From an uncultured Methanosarcinaceae archaeon (GTDB lineage: Archaea > Halobacteriota > Methanosarcinia > Methanosarcinales > Methanosarcinaceae), in assembly GCA_963833425.1 (NCBI GenBank), contig CAWHXP010000011.1, forward strand, positions 1-64,000: 64,000 nucleotides of DNA, written 5' to 3'. Numbering within the stretch: position 1 is the stretch's first letter; every line of letters begins with the position of its first letter. The position numbers were made by a program, and so were the translations under genes. The notes beneath the pieces were generated by a model. That model made no database searches, was not told the origin of the DNA, and was given only the letters and a program-made list of their open reading frames with translations. This document shows, piece by piece, positions 1 through 10,924 of this stretch.

Positions 1-48
1 CTTTATTTGGGGACAAAATGTGTTTTACCAATAATGTCTTTTCAGTAT

Positions 49-64
49 ATTCACAATTGTGAAT
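49..64. promoter_or_regulatory. Perfect 16-bp palindrome ATTCACAATTGTGAAT, candidate operator upstream of larE-like gene
   Basis: Seen directly; immediately 5' of TATA-like TTATAAAATA (69-78); same core recurs at 3363, 3961, 4141, 7726. Confidence 0.7.
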
Positions 65-136
65 GATGTTATAAAATATAAAGTTTTTGAAACTTGCAGA
101 AGAGAACTGTGAAAATCAAAAGGTCGGTATTCATTC

Positions 137-933
137 ATGGACAAAGAAAATATATGCGACGCATTGCTCAAAGAGCTATCAGGATTTGATAGCTTACTCA
201 TTTCATATTCTGGGGGCATAGACAGCACTTTACTCGCAATATTTGCACAAAAGGCACTACATGAGGGAGCCAAATGTATACTTTTTGATGCGCCTATAGT
301 CTCAAGAAGAGCATTTAATGATTCGGAGGAAATCGCACGTAAATTCGGTTTATCTTATAGCATACTGCCATTTCCCATAATGGAAAACGAAGAATTCAGG
401 AAAAATAGCCCCAACCGTTACTACATTTGCAAAAAGCAGTCTGCCAAAATTCTACGAGACCAAGCTGAAAAGCTGGCTATTTCAAATATAGCTGATGGAA
501 TTAATGCTTCCGATCTAAATGAATACCGTCCTGGACTTCAAGCAAGCAATGAGGAGAAGATCATTCATCCTTTTCTTTCATTAAAAATTCAAAAAACTGA
601 ATAAGACAAATGGCTCATGACTGCGGTTTTGATTTCTGGAACAAACCGTCATCTTCATGTCTAGCATCAAGAATTCCATATGGTGAGGAAATAACGACTG
701 AGAAGTTGCAAATGGTGGAAAAAGCCGAAAATATAATTCAAGATCTAGGTTTTTCCAATCTGCGTATACGGTTGTATGGTAAAATTGCACGAATCGAGTT
801 GATGCCTGAAGAATTCGAAAAAGCATTAAACATTAGACATAGAATCGTGGAGTTATTGCAAGAATGCGGCTTTTCTTATGTTACTCTCGACCTGAAAGGA
901 TATAGAAGCGGTAGTATGGATGAAATACTATGA
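137..933 (+). pseudogene. larE: LarE-like ATP-dependent sulfur transferase (PP-loop), split by a 1-nt frameshift near 600
   Basis: SYSGGIDS PP-loop, DGINASDLNEYRPG, KPSSSCLASRIPYG, YVTLDLKGYRSGSMDE; ORFs 137-604 and 610-933 join by restoring one A (KTE-IRQ-MAHD). Confidence 0.8.
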
Positions 934-1244
934 AAATTGAAGATTCTATCACTGATTCCCAGCTATTTCAATGTCTTATTATGTGGGCAATGCTGCAACA
1001 AGTTTAATTCCTGACTAGTCATGAATTCGATTAACGAACACAATCGACAATATCGTACTATTGGAATACCTTGCTGATGATTGTCAGTATTGTGAATTTG
1101 CTGTATTCATTATATTAAGAATTTTGAAAAATCAATGATTTTCACAGATCATCAATATTCCATCTATAAGGATATATGAAATTCAGAAATTAACGAAATC
1201 CTTAATTAATTTTAATCTGGTAGAAATAACTATGACTGATATTT

Positions 1245-2201
1245 TCAGGTGGACTGTTGATCTTGTATTTGTTCTTTGAATCGATCCCAGTTCCAGGGCT
1301 CATCAAGGATATTGACACTAACTTTTTCTATTCCGCCAACGTTTAGAACTTTTCGCTTGACTTGGTCCTTGAGGTATTCTGCCATAGGACAGATATTTGT
1401 TGTCAACACAAGGTTTACGTCTACATTTGCTCCGTCCACAATTACTTCTTTAACCATCCCCATCTTGACAATATCTATTCCGACCTCAGGGTCGATTACT
1501 TGTTTCAGCTGGGAATAAATTTGCTCATCTTTTTTTGGAACTGTTTTTTGTAAAAGTATCCTGTGCAAAGGTGTATATTTTTGTGCATGAGCCTGTTCTT
1601 CTAGGCGGCTTAACCTATCAAGCATCTGGCTTACTAAAGAAAGCATGGGATCGGGTAACTTATTGTGATCCAGTTGACCTACAGATATGGACGGCTGTGG
1701 CTCTGCAATTCTGGCAGGTACTCCCACAACAGTAGCTTCAGGCGGAACTGATCGGATCACAACCGAGCCTGCACCTACTTTAGCACCTCTTCCAATCGTA
1801 ATTGGCCCAAGTACTATTGCACCTGAACCGAGAACCACGTCTTTTTCAACAGTAGGATGGCGCTTTATTCTATCAAGAGCTGTTCCGCCAAGTACAACTC
1901 CCATGTATATGAGAACATCATCACCTACTTCAGCAGTTTCTCCAATTACCACTCCGGATCCATGATCGATAAACACTCGTTTTCCTAGTTTTGCTCCAGG
2001 ATGGATCTCAATTCCGGTAAGCGTTCTGGAAATATGTGAGAGCAAACGAGCAAGAAAAAAAAAGTTTTTTTCCCAGAGAAAGTGAGATAATCGATGGATC
2101 CAGACGGCATGTAGTCCTGGATAACAGCACAGTACCTCCAGAGTAGACCTTGCTGCAGGATCTTTTTCAAAAACTGTCCTTATATCTTCTCTTATTTCCA
2201 T
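1245..2201 (-). CDS. cysE: Serine O-acetyltransferase with C-terminal DUF59 (SufT/MIP18-like) domain
   Basis: [37 protein letters not shown] hexapeptide core; C-terminal [14 protein letters not shown]...TTNICP...PWNWDR. Confidence 0.9.
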   Translation of the reverse strand: MEIREDIRTVFEKDPAARSTLEVLCCYPGLHAVWIHRLSHFLWEKNFFFLARLLSHISRTLTGIEIHPGAKLGKRVFIDHGSGVVIGETAEVGDDVLIYMGVVLGGTALDRIKRHPTVEKDVVLGSGAIVLGPITIGRGAKVGAGSVVIRSVPPEATVVGVPARIAEPQPSISVGQLDHNKLPDPMLSLVSQMLDRLSRLEEQAHAQKYTPLHRILLQKTVPKKDEQIYSQLKQVIDPEVGIDIVKMGMVKEVIVDGANVDVNLVLTTNICPMAEYLKDQVKRKVLNVGGIEKVSVNILDEPWNWDRFKEQIQDQQST

Positions 2202-2233
2202 TTAGAGCCTCCCAATATCAATTGTCAAACAGA

Positions 2234-3160
2234 TCAATCAAATAGATCGGTACTAAGATAACGTTCTCCCGTATCTGGTAAGATTACAACAATCATTTTT
2301 CCACTCATTTCTTCTCTGGAAGCAACTTGCAGTGCCGCATACATAGCTGCACCTGAAGATATGCCTGCAAGTATGCCTTCGTTCTTTGCTAATTTTTTGG
2401 CCGTAGCAGCGGCATTGTCTCCTGTTACCTTGATGATCTCGTCAACCAAGTCAAGCCGGAGTACATCCGGAATGAACCCTGCACCGATTCCCTGGATCTT
2501 ATGGGGCCCCGGACTTCCGCCGCTAAGAATTGGAGACTCGGCAGGTTCAACTGCAACAACCTTAAAAGTAGGTTTCCTTTTTTTGATGACGCTTGCAACA
2601 CCTGTAATGGTTCCCCCTGTTCCCACACCTGCTACAAGCACATCTACCTTGCCGTCAGTATCTGTCCAGATTTCCTCGCCAGTCGTTCTACGGTGGACTT
2701 CCGGATTTGCAGGGTTCTGGAATTGTTGAGGTATGAAGTAGAGATTAGGATCTTCTGCAGCCATGTGTTCTGCTTTACTGACCGCTCCTTTCATCCCTTC
2801 ACTTCCAGGTGTCAGGATGATATCTGCTCCCAGGGCCTTCAGCAGTTTTCTCCTTTCGATAGTCATCGTCTCAGGCATGACCAATATAAGCTTATAGCCA
2901 CGGGCAGCGCATACGCCTGCAAGTGCTATACCAGTGTTGCCGCTAGTTGGTTCGACTATGATAGTATCAGTTTTGATTTTCCCTTCGCGTTCGGTTTTTT
3001 CGATCATTGCCAATCCAATTCTGTCCTTCACACTTCCCAGGGGGTTAAAAAACTCTACTTTAACTATCACATCAGCATGTAGACCTTTTGTTATGCGGTT
3101 TAACCGGACAAGCGGTGTGTTACCTATTGTCCCTGTTATGTCGGAGTATATTCGTCCCAC
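2234..3160 (-). CDS. cysK: Cysteine synthase A (O-acetylserine sulfhydrylase)
   Basis: [12 protein letters not shown] lysine, [33 protein letters not shown]. Confidence 0.95.
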   Translation of the reverse strand: MGRIYSDITGTIGNTPLVRLNRITKGLHADVIVKVEFFNPLGSVKDRIGLAMIEKTEREGKIKTDTIIVEPTSGNTGIALAGVCAARGYKLILVMPETMTIERRKLLKALGADIILTPGSEGMKGAVSKAEHMAAEDPNLYFIPQQFQNPANPEVHRRTTGEEIWTDTDGKVDVLVAGVGTGGTITGVASVIKKRKPTFKVVAVEPAESPILSGGSPGPHKIQGIGAGFIPDVLRLDLVDEIIKVTGDNAAATAKKLAKNEGILAGISSGAAMYAALQVASREEMSGKMIVVILPDTGERYLSTDLFD

Positions 3161-3362
3161 AATATCACTTTTTTGTTGCAGTTTTCTCTATGTTCATGTA
3201 ATTTAATTCGTTTCAGACTATATTATAAATTGCCATGTAAGCATTTTTTTTCACTCAAATTTTTCTTATGTTTAATCAGACTTGATCTTCAGCATTTAAA
3301 TTTGCCTAAAATTTTGCAATTCAGAACTATCTTGGACATTAACATAAAGCAATTTAAAATCA

Positions 3363-3376
3363 ATCACTATTGTGAA
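3363..3376. promoter_or_regulatory. Operator-like near-palindrome ATCACTATTGTGAA in cysK upstream region
   Basis: 12/14 match to TTCACAATTGTGAA; lies just downstream (on - strand) of a TATA-like run at ~3389-3398. Confidence 0.6.
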
Positions 3377-3582
3377 GTTATCTTATCTTAAGTATATAGT
3401 TCTTGATGAGTTTCTGTACCTGTGAGAATTAAAACGAGAACCTTCTTATTATTTTCTGGATTTTGAATTGATCGAAGTCAGTTTCCAGTGGAATTAATGA
3501 TAAATTTTGGCGATCCTAGATGATATTAAAAAGTTTCTACAATGAGTTAAACTACGATATTGAACCATGAAAAAATAAGTTT

Positions 3583-3951
3583 TTATTTTTTAGCTTTCAT
3601 TGTTTTATTGTCTGCCCTTTCGGGACCGCAATTGTTATTGCAGTTATTCTCAATTTCTCTTGCATTTACACAGATCTCACATATCCTTACAACAAAGTCG
3701 TCGACTTTATTGTCTATCAAATCCTGAGCAAGTTTTTCTATCAATTCCTTTGTTTCACCCTGAAATTCGATCCTGTAACCTCTTTTTCCCGAAATATACT
3801 GGGAAACTGCCGAAGGCGCAATCCCCAGCAACTTTGCAGAAGTTGCCTGTGACTGTCCTTTGTTTACAAGTTCTATTGAAAGACTAGCCCTTATTGCGGG
3901 GACGAGATCCCACACGACCTTCTGACATGGAGTTTCCATAATCACCATCAA
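3583..3951 (-). CDS. Small HTH transcriptional regulator with Cys-rich C-terminus
   Basis: PCQKVVWDLVPAIRA, SQATSAKLLGIAPSAVSQYISGKRG HTH; CEIC-x9-C-x3-C tail; divergent from iscS; true start may be a few codons downstream. Confidence 0.85.
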   Translation of the reverse strand: MMVIMETPCQKVVWDLVPAIRASLSIELVNKGQSQATSAKLLGIAPSAVSQYISGKRGYRIEFQGETKELIEKLAQDLIDNKVDDFVVRICEICVNAREIENNCNNNCGPERADNKTMKAKK

Positions 3952-3960
3952 ACTTGAAGC

Positions 3961-3974
3961 TTCACAATAGTGAA
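3961..3974. promoter_or_regulatory. Operator TTCACAATAGTGAA directly upstream of the HTH regulator
   Basis: 13/14 match to the palindrome; 10 bp from ORF start, suggests autoregulation. Confidence 0.65.
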
Positions 3975-4140
3975 TGAATATATTGCATATCTGTATATAT
4001 TATTATCAGTGTAAAAAATAATAAAAACACTATTGATCTGTGAATTGATGATTCATCTAAGAACTGCAAGTTTTTAAAAGTTAGTTGTTTTATCTAAGTA
4101 TCTTATGATAAAACTTAAATATTTACAATCATTATATCTA

Positions 4141-4154
4141 TTCACAATTGTGAA
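4141..4154. promoter_or_regulatory. Perfect palindrome TTCACAATTGTGAA upstream of iscS
   Basis: Seen directly; 9 bp before the ATG at 4164 and downstream of TATA-like TTAAATATT (~4116). Confidence 0.7.
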
Positions 4155-4163
4155 GGTACATAT

Positions 4164-5348
4164 ATGACAGTTGAAAATACGATCATATACATGGATAATT
4201 CTGCTACGACTCCTGTAAGAAAAGAAGTTGCTGAAGAGATGACCCCCTACGTAACAGAATATTTTGGAAATCCGTCCTCTATATATGATCTGGGTAAAAC
4301 TTCAAAAAATGCTGTAGGAAAAGCAAGACAGAGGGTTGCAGATGCTATAGGTGCTGAAGAGAACGAGATTTACTTTACATCAGGAGGTACGGAGTCCGAT
4401 AACTGGGCGATAAAGGGGATAGCCTTTGCAAACAGGAACAAGGGGAAACACATAATCACCTCCTCTATCGAACACCATGCAGTACTGCACGCCTGTGAAT
4501 GGCTGGAAGGAGAGGGATTTGAGGTAACATACCTTCCTGTAGATAAATATGGACTGTTATCACCTGAGTATTTGAAGAATGCAATCAGGAATGATACTAT
4601 ACTCATTTCCATAATGCTTGCAAATAATGAAATCGGGACAATTCAGCCTGTCGAAGAAATCGGAAAAATTGCGAGAAAGAACGGGATATATTTCCACACT
4701 GATGCTGTTCAGGCAATAGGCCACATCCCTATAGATGTTCAAAAAATGAATATTGACCTCCTATCCCTCTCAGGACATAAGTTTCAAGGACCTAAAGGAT
4801 GCGGGGTACTCTACATAAAAACAGGAACAAAAATAGAAACGCTTATTCATGGTGGGAATCAGGAAAGAAAACGCAGGGCAGGGACCGAGAATGTCCACGC
4901 TATTGTAGGCCTTGGGAAGGCTATAGAGCTTGCAACAGGCGAAATTGAAGACTCAAATAAAACCCTGGTTGAGATGAGAGAGCGCCTGATTAAAGGCCTT
5001 CTTAAGATTCCCCAAACCCATCTCAACGGGCATCCCACACAAAGGCTTGCAAACAACGTAAATGTAACTTTTGAATATATAGAAGGAGAATCTCTTCTTC
5101 TTTTCTTAAATGCTAAAGGAATTTTAGCATCCACTGGAAGCGCATGTAACTCTTCTTCTCTTGAACCTTCGCATGTGCTTACAGCCTGTGGAGTCCCGCA
5201 TGAGATAGTGCACGGTTCACTGAGGTTGAGCCTCAGAAGGATGAATACCGAAAAAGACGTGGATAGAGTACTTGAGGTTCTTCCAGAAATAGTTCAGAAG
5301 CTGAGAAATATATCTCCATTGACTCCACATGAATACAGTACCATTTGA
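4164..5348 (+). CDS. iscS: Cysteine desulfurase IscS/NifS
   Basis: YMDNSATT, FTSGGTESDN, SSIEHHAV, SGHKFQGPKG, STGSACNS catalytic Cys. Confidence 0.95.
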   Translation: MTVENTIIYMDNSATTPVRKEVAEEMTPYVTEYFGNPSSIYDLGKTSKNAVGKARQRVADAIGAEENEIYFTSGGTESDNWAIKGIAFANRNKGKHIITSSIEHHAVLHACEWLEGEGFEVTYLPVDKYGLLSPEYLKNAIRNDTILISIMLANNEIGTIQPVEEIGKIARKNGIYFHTDAVQAIGHIPIDVQKMNIDLLSLSGHKFQGPKGCGVLYIKTGTKIETLIHGGNQERKRRAGTENVHAIVGLGKAIELATGEIEDSNKTLVEMRERLIKGLLKIPQTHLNGHPTQRLANNVNVTFEYIEGESLLLFLNAKGILASTGSACNSSSLEPSHVLTACGVPHEIVHGSLRLSLRRMNTEKDVDRVLEVLPEIVQKLRNISPLTPHEYSTI

Positions 5349-5458
5349 AATCGTGAATAGGTGTAGAGAAAAAAAGAGGAATCACAGAGGAACCTTGAGT
5401 CAGAAAAGCCCGATTAGAATAATTAGATAATTGAAAAATAGCAACTAGAGGAAAACTC

Positions 5459-5848
5459 ATGGATTACAGCGCTAAAGTGATAGACCATTGTATAAATCCA
5501 AGAAATATTGGAAGTATTGAGAACTGTGATGGGATTGGAGAAGTTGGAAATGCTAAGTGTGGAGACATAATGAAGATATTTCTCAAAATAGAGGAAGATC
5601 AGATTGTAGATGCAAAGTTTCAGACTTTTGGATGTGGGGCTGCAATTGCATCAAGCAGTATGGCTACCGAGCTCATTAAAGGGAAAAAACTGGAAGAAGC
5701 CTGGAGGCTTTCAAATAAAGCAGTTGCAGAAGCGCTTGATGGATTACCCCCTATAAAAATGCATTGTTCAATGCTGGCGGAGGAAGCAATCCATGAGGCG
5801 ATTAACGATTATCTCAAGAAAAAAGGACTTGAGCCCTGGACAGAATGA
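5459..5848 (+). CDS. iscU: Fe-S scaffold IscU/NifU
   Basis: KCGD, FQTFGCGAAIASSS, LPPIKMHCS; follows iscS. Confidence 0.95.
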   Translation: MDYSAKVIDHCINPRNIGSIENCDGIGEVGNAKCGDIMKIFLKIEEDQIVDAKFQTFGCGAAIASSSMATELIKGKKLEEAWRLSNKAVAEALDGLPPIKMHCSMLAEEAIHEAINDYLKKKGLEPWTE

Positions 5849-5908
5849 TTTGACACAATAACACATATTTTTTAAATATACAGCTAATTGAAATCCTGGA
5901 GGATACAA

Positions 5909-6640
5909 ATGGAGAAAAATTCCACTGAAAAATATATCCGGCAGATAATGCTTTTTGGGGAAAATGGCAAAGAAAAACTCAGGCAAGCAAGGGTATTTAT
6001 CGCAGGGACAGGAGGGTTAGGATCCCCTATCTTAACATATCTCGCAGTTGCAGGTGTTGGGCAAATAATAATTGCAGATTTTGACATAGTAGATCCCAGC
6101 AATCTGAACAGACAATATCTCCATCATGAAAAAGATATCGGGAAAGAGAAGATAAAATCTGCAGAAGAAAAACTTATTTCTCTGAATCCGGAAATAAGGG
6201 TCGAAACAATAAAAGGAAAAATAACAGATGAGAATTCGGTCTCTATAGTTCCTCCATGTGATCTGATTATAGATGCACTGGATAATTTTGATACGAGGCA
6301 TGCTTTGAATAAGCTTGCAGTTGAAAGAAAAATACCCCTTATTCACGGAGCAATTTCAGGGTATAGAGGCCAGGTAACAACGATAATTCCTAGTAAAACC
6401 CCCTGCCTCTATTGTATATTCCCTAGCTCATTTAAAAAAGAAGTATTTCCGGTACTCGGAACAACCCCAGGAGTAATCGGCACAATTCAGGCAAATGAAG
6501 AGATTAAATATATAACATGACAAGGAAAGCTTCTGGAGAACCGCCTCTTGTTGTGGGATGGTCTTTCATGCTCTTTTAGTGAACTGAATGTCAATAAGAC
6601 AGAAAATTGTCCTGTATGTGGAATTAATGAAAGAAAGTAA
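5909..6640 (+). pseudogene. ThiF/MoeB/HesA-family adenylyltransferase with one in-frame TGA (6518-6520)
   Basis: GTGGLGS, SNLNRQ, DALDN, PCLYC; frame continues past TGA to CPVCG and TAA at 6638-6640; GGAGG before ATG 5909. Confidence 0.8.
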
Positions 6641-6705
6641 TAAATTGGAAAATACATTCTCTGCAGATTTATTCCTGAGTTTGCGAACAAGAGTGTTACG
6701 GAAAA

Positions 6706-7586
6706 TTGGGAATTGTGGAAGCGATAAAAAGACTTAAAGAAAAAAGAATACAATATTTATTGCTTATTTTTATATACATAAGGGCATTCAGGAAGTTGGG
6801 GATTTTATTATGGATTTCCTTTCCTCGTAAGGCAGAAGTAAATTCAAAAGCTAAGGTTAAGTTTTTGAGGTGTTCATTTTCATGGCAGAGTCGGCATCAG
6901 TTATTTCTCCTAAGAAGCTGGTCCTTTTATCTGTTTCTGATGCAGTCTGTCAATTGCAGATATGATCACTTCAAAATCTCTCAAAAATGAGAAAAAAATT
7001 ATGAATAGGTTATCATATGCTATGCAAATAGTTCGGTCACAGTAAAAGTGGAATCAAATACTCCTGCAAATCGGAAAATGCAATAAGTGCAGTAAATTAT
7101 ATTGAAAGCAGGGAAATTATTTTCATCCCAGATAAAAATCTGCGAGGACTTGTATCACTTCATACTAACAAAAATATCCAAATCTGCCCGGATTTTTCCA
7201 TGTTCATGATGATGGTAGTGATGAGTGTATAAGGAATTGCAAAAATGTATCCTAAAGCAGAATTTCTTGCACATCCTGAATGCATGCCTGAAGTCCAAAG
7301 TCTTGTAAACAGCATTCAGTACCTTCGAAATTGTAATGGAAGCTGGGAAATCAGATTCTACTAAATTTATAATCGGAACCAAAAGAAAATCGTTCAAAAT
7401 TTGAAAGGAAATTATTTGGATAAAAAATTTTATCTGGCTTCAGAGAAAGCTTTTTGCTATAATATTGGGAAAACGACTCTTGAATCAATCTTGAATAGTC
7501 TTCAAAATATAGAATCCAAAATATATGTTTCTGAGCATATAATAGTGAGAGCCAAAAAAGCTCCCGATAGGATACTCGAGATTTAG
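6706..7586 (+). pseudogene. nadA: Degraded quinolinate synthase A
   Basis: Fragments GVHF-MAESASVISPKKLVL, IIFIPDKNL, AEFLAHPECMPEV across several frameshifts. Confidence 0.75.
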
Positions 7587-7705
7587 CTAAAATTGAAGTT
7601 GAAGAAAGTGCATAATCCTTTCCTTTTTTTCGTGAATTTTTTTTTCTAAATCATCTACTTCTTATCCCCTTTTTCTCAGATCAAGAGATAAATATTTATA
7701 CTAAC

Positions 7706-7739
7706 GTCACAAATGCGATAATGCTATCACATATGTGAA
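7706..7739. promoter_or_regulatory. Tandem operator-like sites GTCACAAATGCGAT (7706-7719) and ATCACATATGTGAA (7726-7739) upstream of metX
   Basis: Second site matches TCAC-N4-GTGAA; flanked by TATA-like sequences at ~7691 and ~7747. Confidence 0.55.
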
Positions 7740-7929
7740 TATATCTTATAAATGAATATTTGACGAATGGCTATGCTCCCAGCTGTACCCAGGAACTAAG
7801 CGAATTTGATTCTCAATTGTGACTTGGAAAAAATTGAAGTCCGAATATTTTCGATATAAAACATGCACTTTTCAAGGTCTGAACATGGAAATTTTGGTCA
7901 ATATCCCCTCTATTAAAATTTTTTCCCTG

Positions 7930-9350
7930 GAAAAAAAAGGCCAAAATTTAGGAATAGTTCGTTCAATGAACTACAAAATCCCTGGAATTTTTAACCTTGA
8001 GAGTGGAAAAACTCTTTCCGATATCAGGATTGAATATGAAATCTATGGAAGGATGAATGCTGACAAAAGCAATGTCATTCTCATCTGCCATGCCTTAACA
8101 GGTGATGCCCACGCTGCAGGGTTTCATAAAGGCGATAAAAAAACCAGGCCGATGGAATATAATAATAGGCCCAAACAAAGCATTTAACACTGAGAAATAC
8201 TGCATAGTCTGTTCAAAAATACTCGGGGGTTGTAAGGGATCCACAGGTCCTTCTTCCATAGATCCTGACACAGGAAAGCACTACGGGATATCCTTTCCTG
8301 TTATTACTATAGCAGATATGGTTAATGCCCAGAAGAAATTAATCGAACACCTAGGAGTAAAACAACTTTATGCAGTTGCAGGTGGCTCAATGGGCGGGAT
8401 GCTGGTGCTCCAATGGACAGTGAGCTATCCTAATATGGTAAAAAAGGCTATCGCCATAGCCGCTACTGCCTCCTCAACTCCACAACAAATCGCATTCGGA
8501 GCAATAGAAAGGAAAGCAATAATTGATGACCCTAAATGGAATGAAGGAAATTACTACGGAAAAGAAATACCTGGACAAGGACTTGCACTTGCACGTATGG
8601 TAGGGCATATTACATACCTCAGCGACGCTTCAATGCAAAAAAAAGTTGGAAGAGTTCAACAGGACGAAGAAGGTATAGATCGCTCACCGAATTTTCAGGT
8701 CGAAAGCTACCTGAATCATCAAGGAAATACCTTTACAAAGCGTTTTGACGCGAATTCGTACCTATATATTACAAAAAGCGTTGATTTTTTTGACCTATCA
8801 AAGAATGGATCCCTCATAGAGGGCCTTGCTGGAGTTACTGCAAAGTACCTTGTGATTTCAATAACATCAGACTGGCTTTATCCTGCTTATCAATCTCAGG
8901 AAATCGTATCTGCTCTTACAGCGAATGGGATTGATGCAAAATACGACGAACTCAGGTCACAATACGGACATGATGCCTTCTTGCTCGAAGAAGGACAGAT
9001 GAATTACCTCATTAAGTGCTTCCTATCGCAGATTTTTGTGCATGACATCATGAACCAAAATTTTTACCCAGTTTCCAGAGATGAAACAATAGAAAACGCA
9101 TCTATACTCATGGTAAAAAAGAAAGTGAACTATCTACCTGTCGTATCAGACTTACAAAAGCAGTTGCCTGCAAAATAACTGAATTAAACGAGATAATCAC
9201 ACGTGACGTTAGATATGTGCACGGAGACGATAAAATTGAGACTGCATCATCAATAATGGAAAAATACTCAATTTCAGCACTTCCAGTCATAGACTTCGAA
9301 AACCACATAATAGGTATGGTTACAAGTGAAAGTATAAGTACTCTTATTTG
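7930..9350 (+). pseudogene. metX: Homoserine O-acetyltransferase with C-terminal CBS pair, frameshifted
   Basis: [21 protein letters not shown] nucleophile, RFDANSY, GHDAFLLE; frameshift in A-run near 8140 and disruption near 9150 in the CBS region; start approximate. Confidence 0.8.
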
Positions 9351-9819
9351 AAATTTTAATTGATTAGTAGAGAGGACTCAAAATTATTAGGACTATTGGT
9401 TCTATCGTGACTTATCACAGTTAGTTTTCACATCTACCGTGAAGGAAGTATACTAAATATATATGAGTTATATGAGTGAAATGTTTACATTTAGATAAGT
9501 ATAAGTTCCTGATCCTTAACGAATATTAAAAGATCTATATGTCCACAGTGTCCAGGCCATCTGACAGTGTATTTACATTCGACAATTCAAAATTAACTCG
9601 GTAGACGCAATTTACCGAATTTTGCTTAGACTATGTACAAAAGTTTGTTTTTCCAACATTACGGAGTCTAAAATTAATTTTCTAATTTTTATCTGAAAAA
9701 AAGAAAATATTTTTTTACAAAACATATTTTTTGTAAAGTTTATATCCAAAATATATTTATCCTTTCTTGTCCAAATTAATACTGGCTTTAAAATTTTGAT
9801 GTACCTTGCTTCAAAGAGC

Positions 9820-10100
9820 TCCCAGGCATGAATACCTTGGAATGGTATTTACGAGGGCTACAGAACTCCTATAATGGATATCCATATACGCACGTAGAAC
9901 CTCTCAGAAAAGTGTTGTGATCTACTGTAATATTTACAGTAGGGAATATGTAAAACAGGAACAGATGCCGGGATATTTAGACATATTGTAACTTTTACAA
10001 CAGCCATTATTGGCTTTTCGGATAGTCTCTTAGAAGGCTCGGATAGACGCGTAAAAATGAACGCCAGGTCCAACTATCGTGCATCATTACTCGATTGATG
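9820..10100. ncRNA. Candidate structured non-coding RNA (multiple nested stems)
   Basis: At least seven complementary stem pairs seen by eye; no credible ORF; no family recognised. Confidence 0.35.
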
Positions 10101-10117
10101 TTTTAAAATCCCTTAAA

Positions 10118-10201
10118 GATGATTTCGAAAACCCACTTCGTCTTATGCATATAAATTGTTTATAAGTAACTTGTTGAAACCAGAGGTTTATCGAAATGCT
10201 C
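10118..10201. mobile_element. ~84-bp MITE with IS5-type terminal inverted repeats
   Basis: Ends GATGATTTCGAAAACCC / GGTTTATCGAAATGCTC resemble TIRs of the elements at 12037 and 52435. Confidence 0.55.
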
Positions 10202-10495
10202 TTAAAAGAAACACTTTTAAGCTTCTGTCTATTGTCCTGATTTTCTACAATTAATAATCTTAAGGAAAATTTATCCAGATAACTTATTTACTTTCAAGTT
10301 ATTTTAATATATATTAAGACATGAACGAAGTTTATGTAAACTTTATAAAAAAGGTACTCAACTGAAATAAATTATAAAATTAAATGCTGTGAATATCACA
10401 CATATATTCGCATTTAGAAATGTTAAAACATCAATCTTGTAATGGTGGACGACCTATTACCGGATCAAACTGAGAAAAAATAGGAGGGAAAATAA

Positions 10496-10924
10496 ATGAG
10501 AAATTATGGAAAGTCTATATGGAAAATAATAGTATCGGTTTTCACCATATTAATGATGTTGACTTTATTGTCTGCAGGAGCCTCTGCAAAATGTTATGTA
10601 TCCCCAACTCCTCTTGGTGCAGGAACTCCTCCAGCGACAGCACGTCTATCCTGCTGCGGGAATGAACGTATTGATTATACGGCGGTAGCCGTTTCAAGTG
10701 ATCCACGAATAGTACGATTTAAGGATCTCTCAAAAGGTGATGAGACATATATAAGATGGGATTTTGGAGATGGAACCTCTCTCGAAGGAACAAAAATTAC
10801 TCCATCACTAAAAAATCCGTTACACAAATTTCCAAAGTCTGGTTATTATATTAGTTGTATGACTATCGAATATGATGGCTGCGTTGGGAAGTTGTGGGTT
10901 CATAAGAATGTTATTATTAAATAG
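10496..10924 (+). CDS. Secreted PKD-domain protein
   Basis: Signal peptide ending ASA, VRFKDLS..WDFGDG..NPLHKF; GGAGG RBS. Confidence 0.85.
   Translation: MRNYGKSIWKIIVSVFTILMMLTLLSAGASAKCYVSPTPLGAGTPPATARLSCCGNERIDYTAVAVSSDPRIVRFKDLSKGDETYIRWDFGDGTSLEGTKITPSLKNPLHKFPKSGYYISCMTIEYDGCVGKLWVHKNVIIK

Noticed and set aside
1276..3206. Plus-strand ORFs overlapping cysE/cysK (and similar antisense ORFs over korA, iscS, YVTN genes)
   Set aside because: Shadow ORFs antisense to well-supported genes.
6518..6520. In-frame TGA in thiF/moeB as selenocysteine
   Set aside because: Position fits a Gly (GGA to TGA), not a Cys; no SECIS-like element recognised; neighbouring genes are also decaying.
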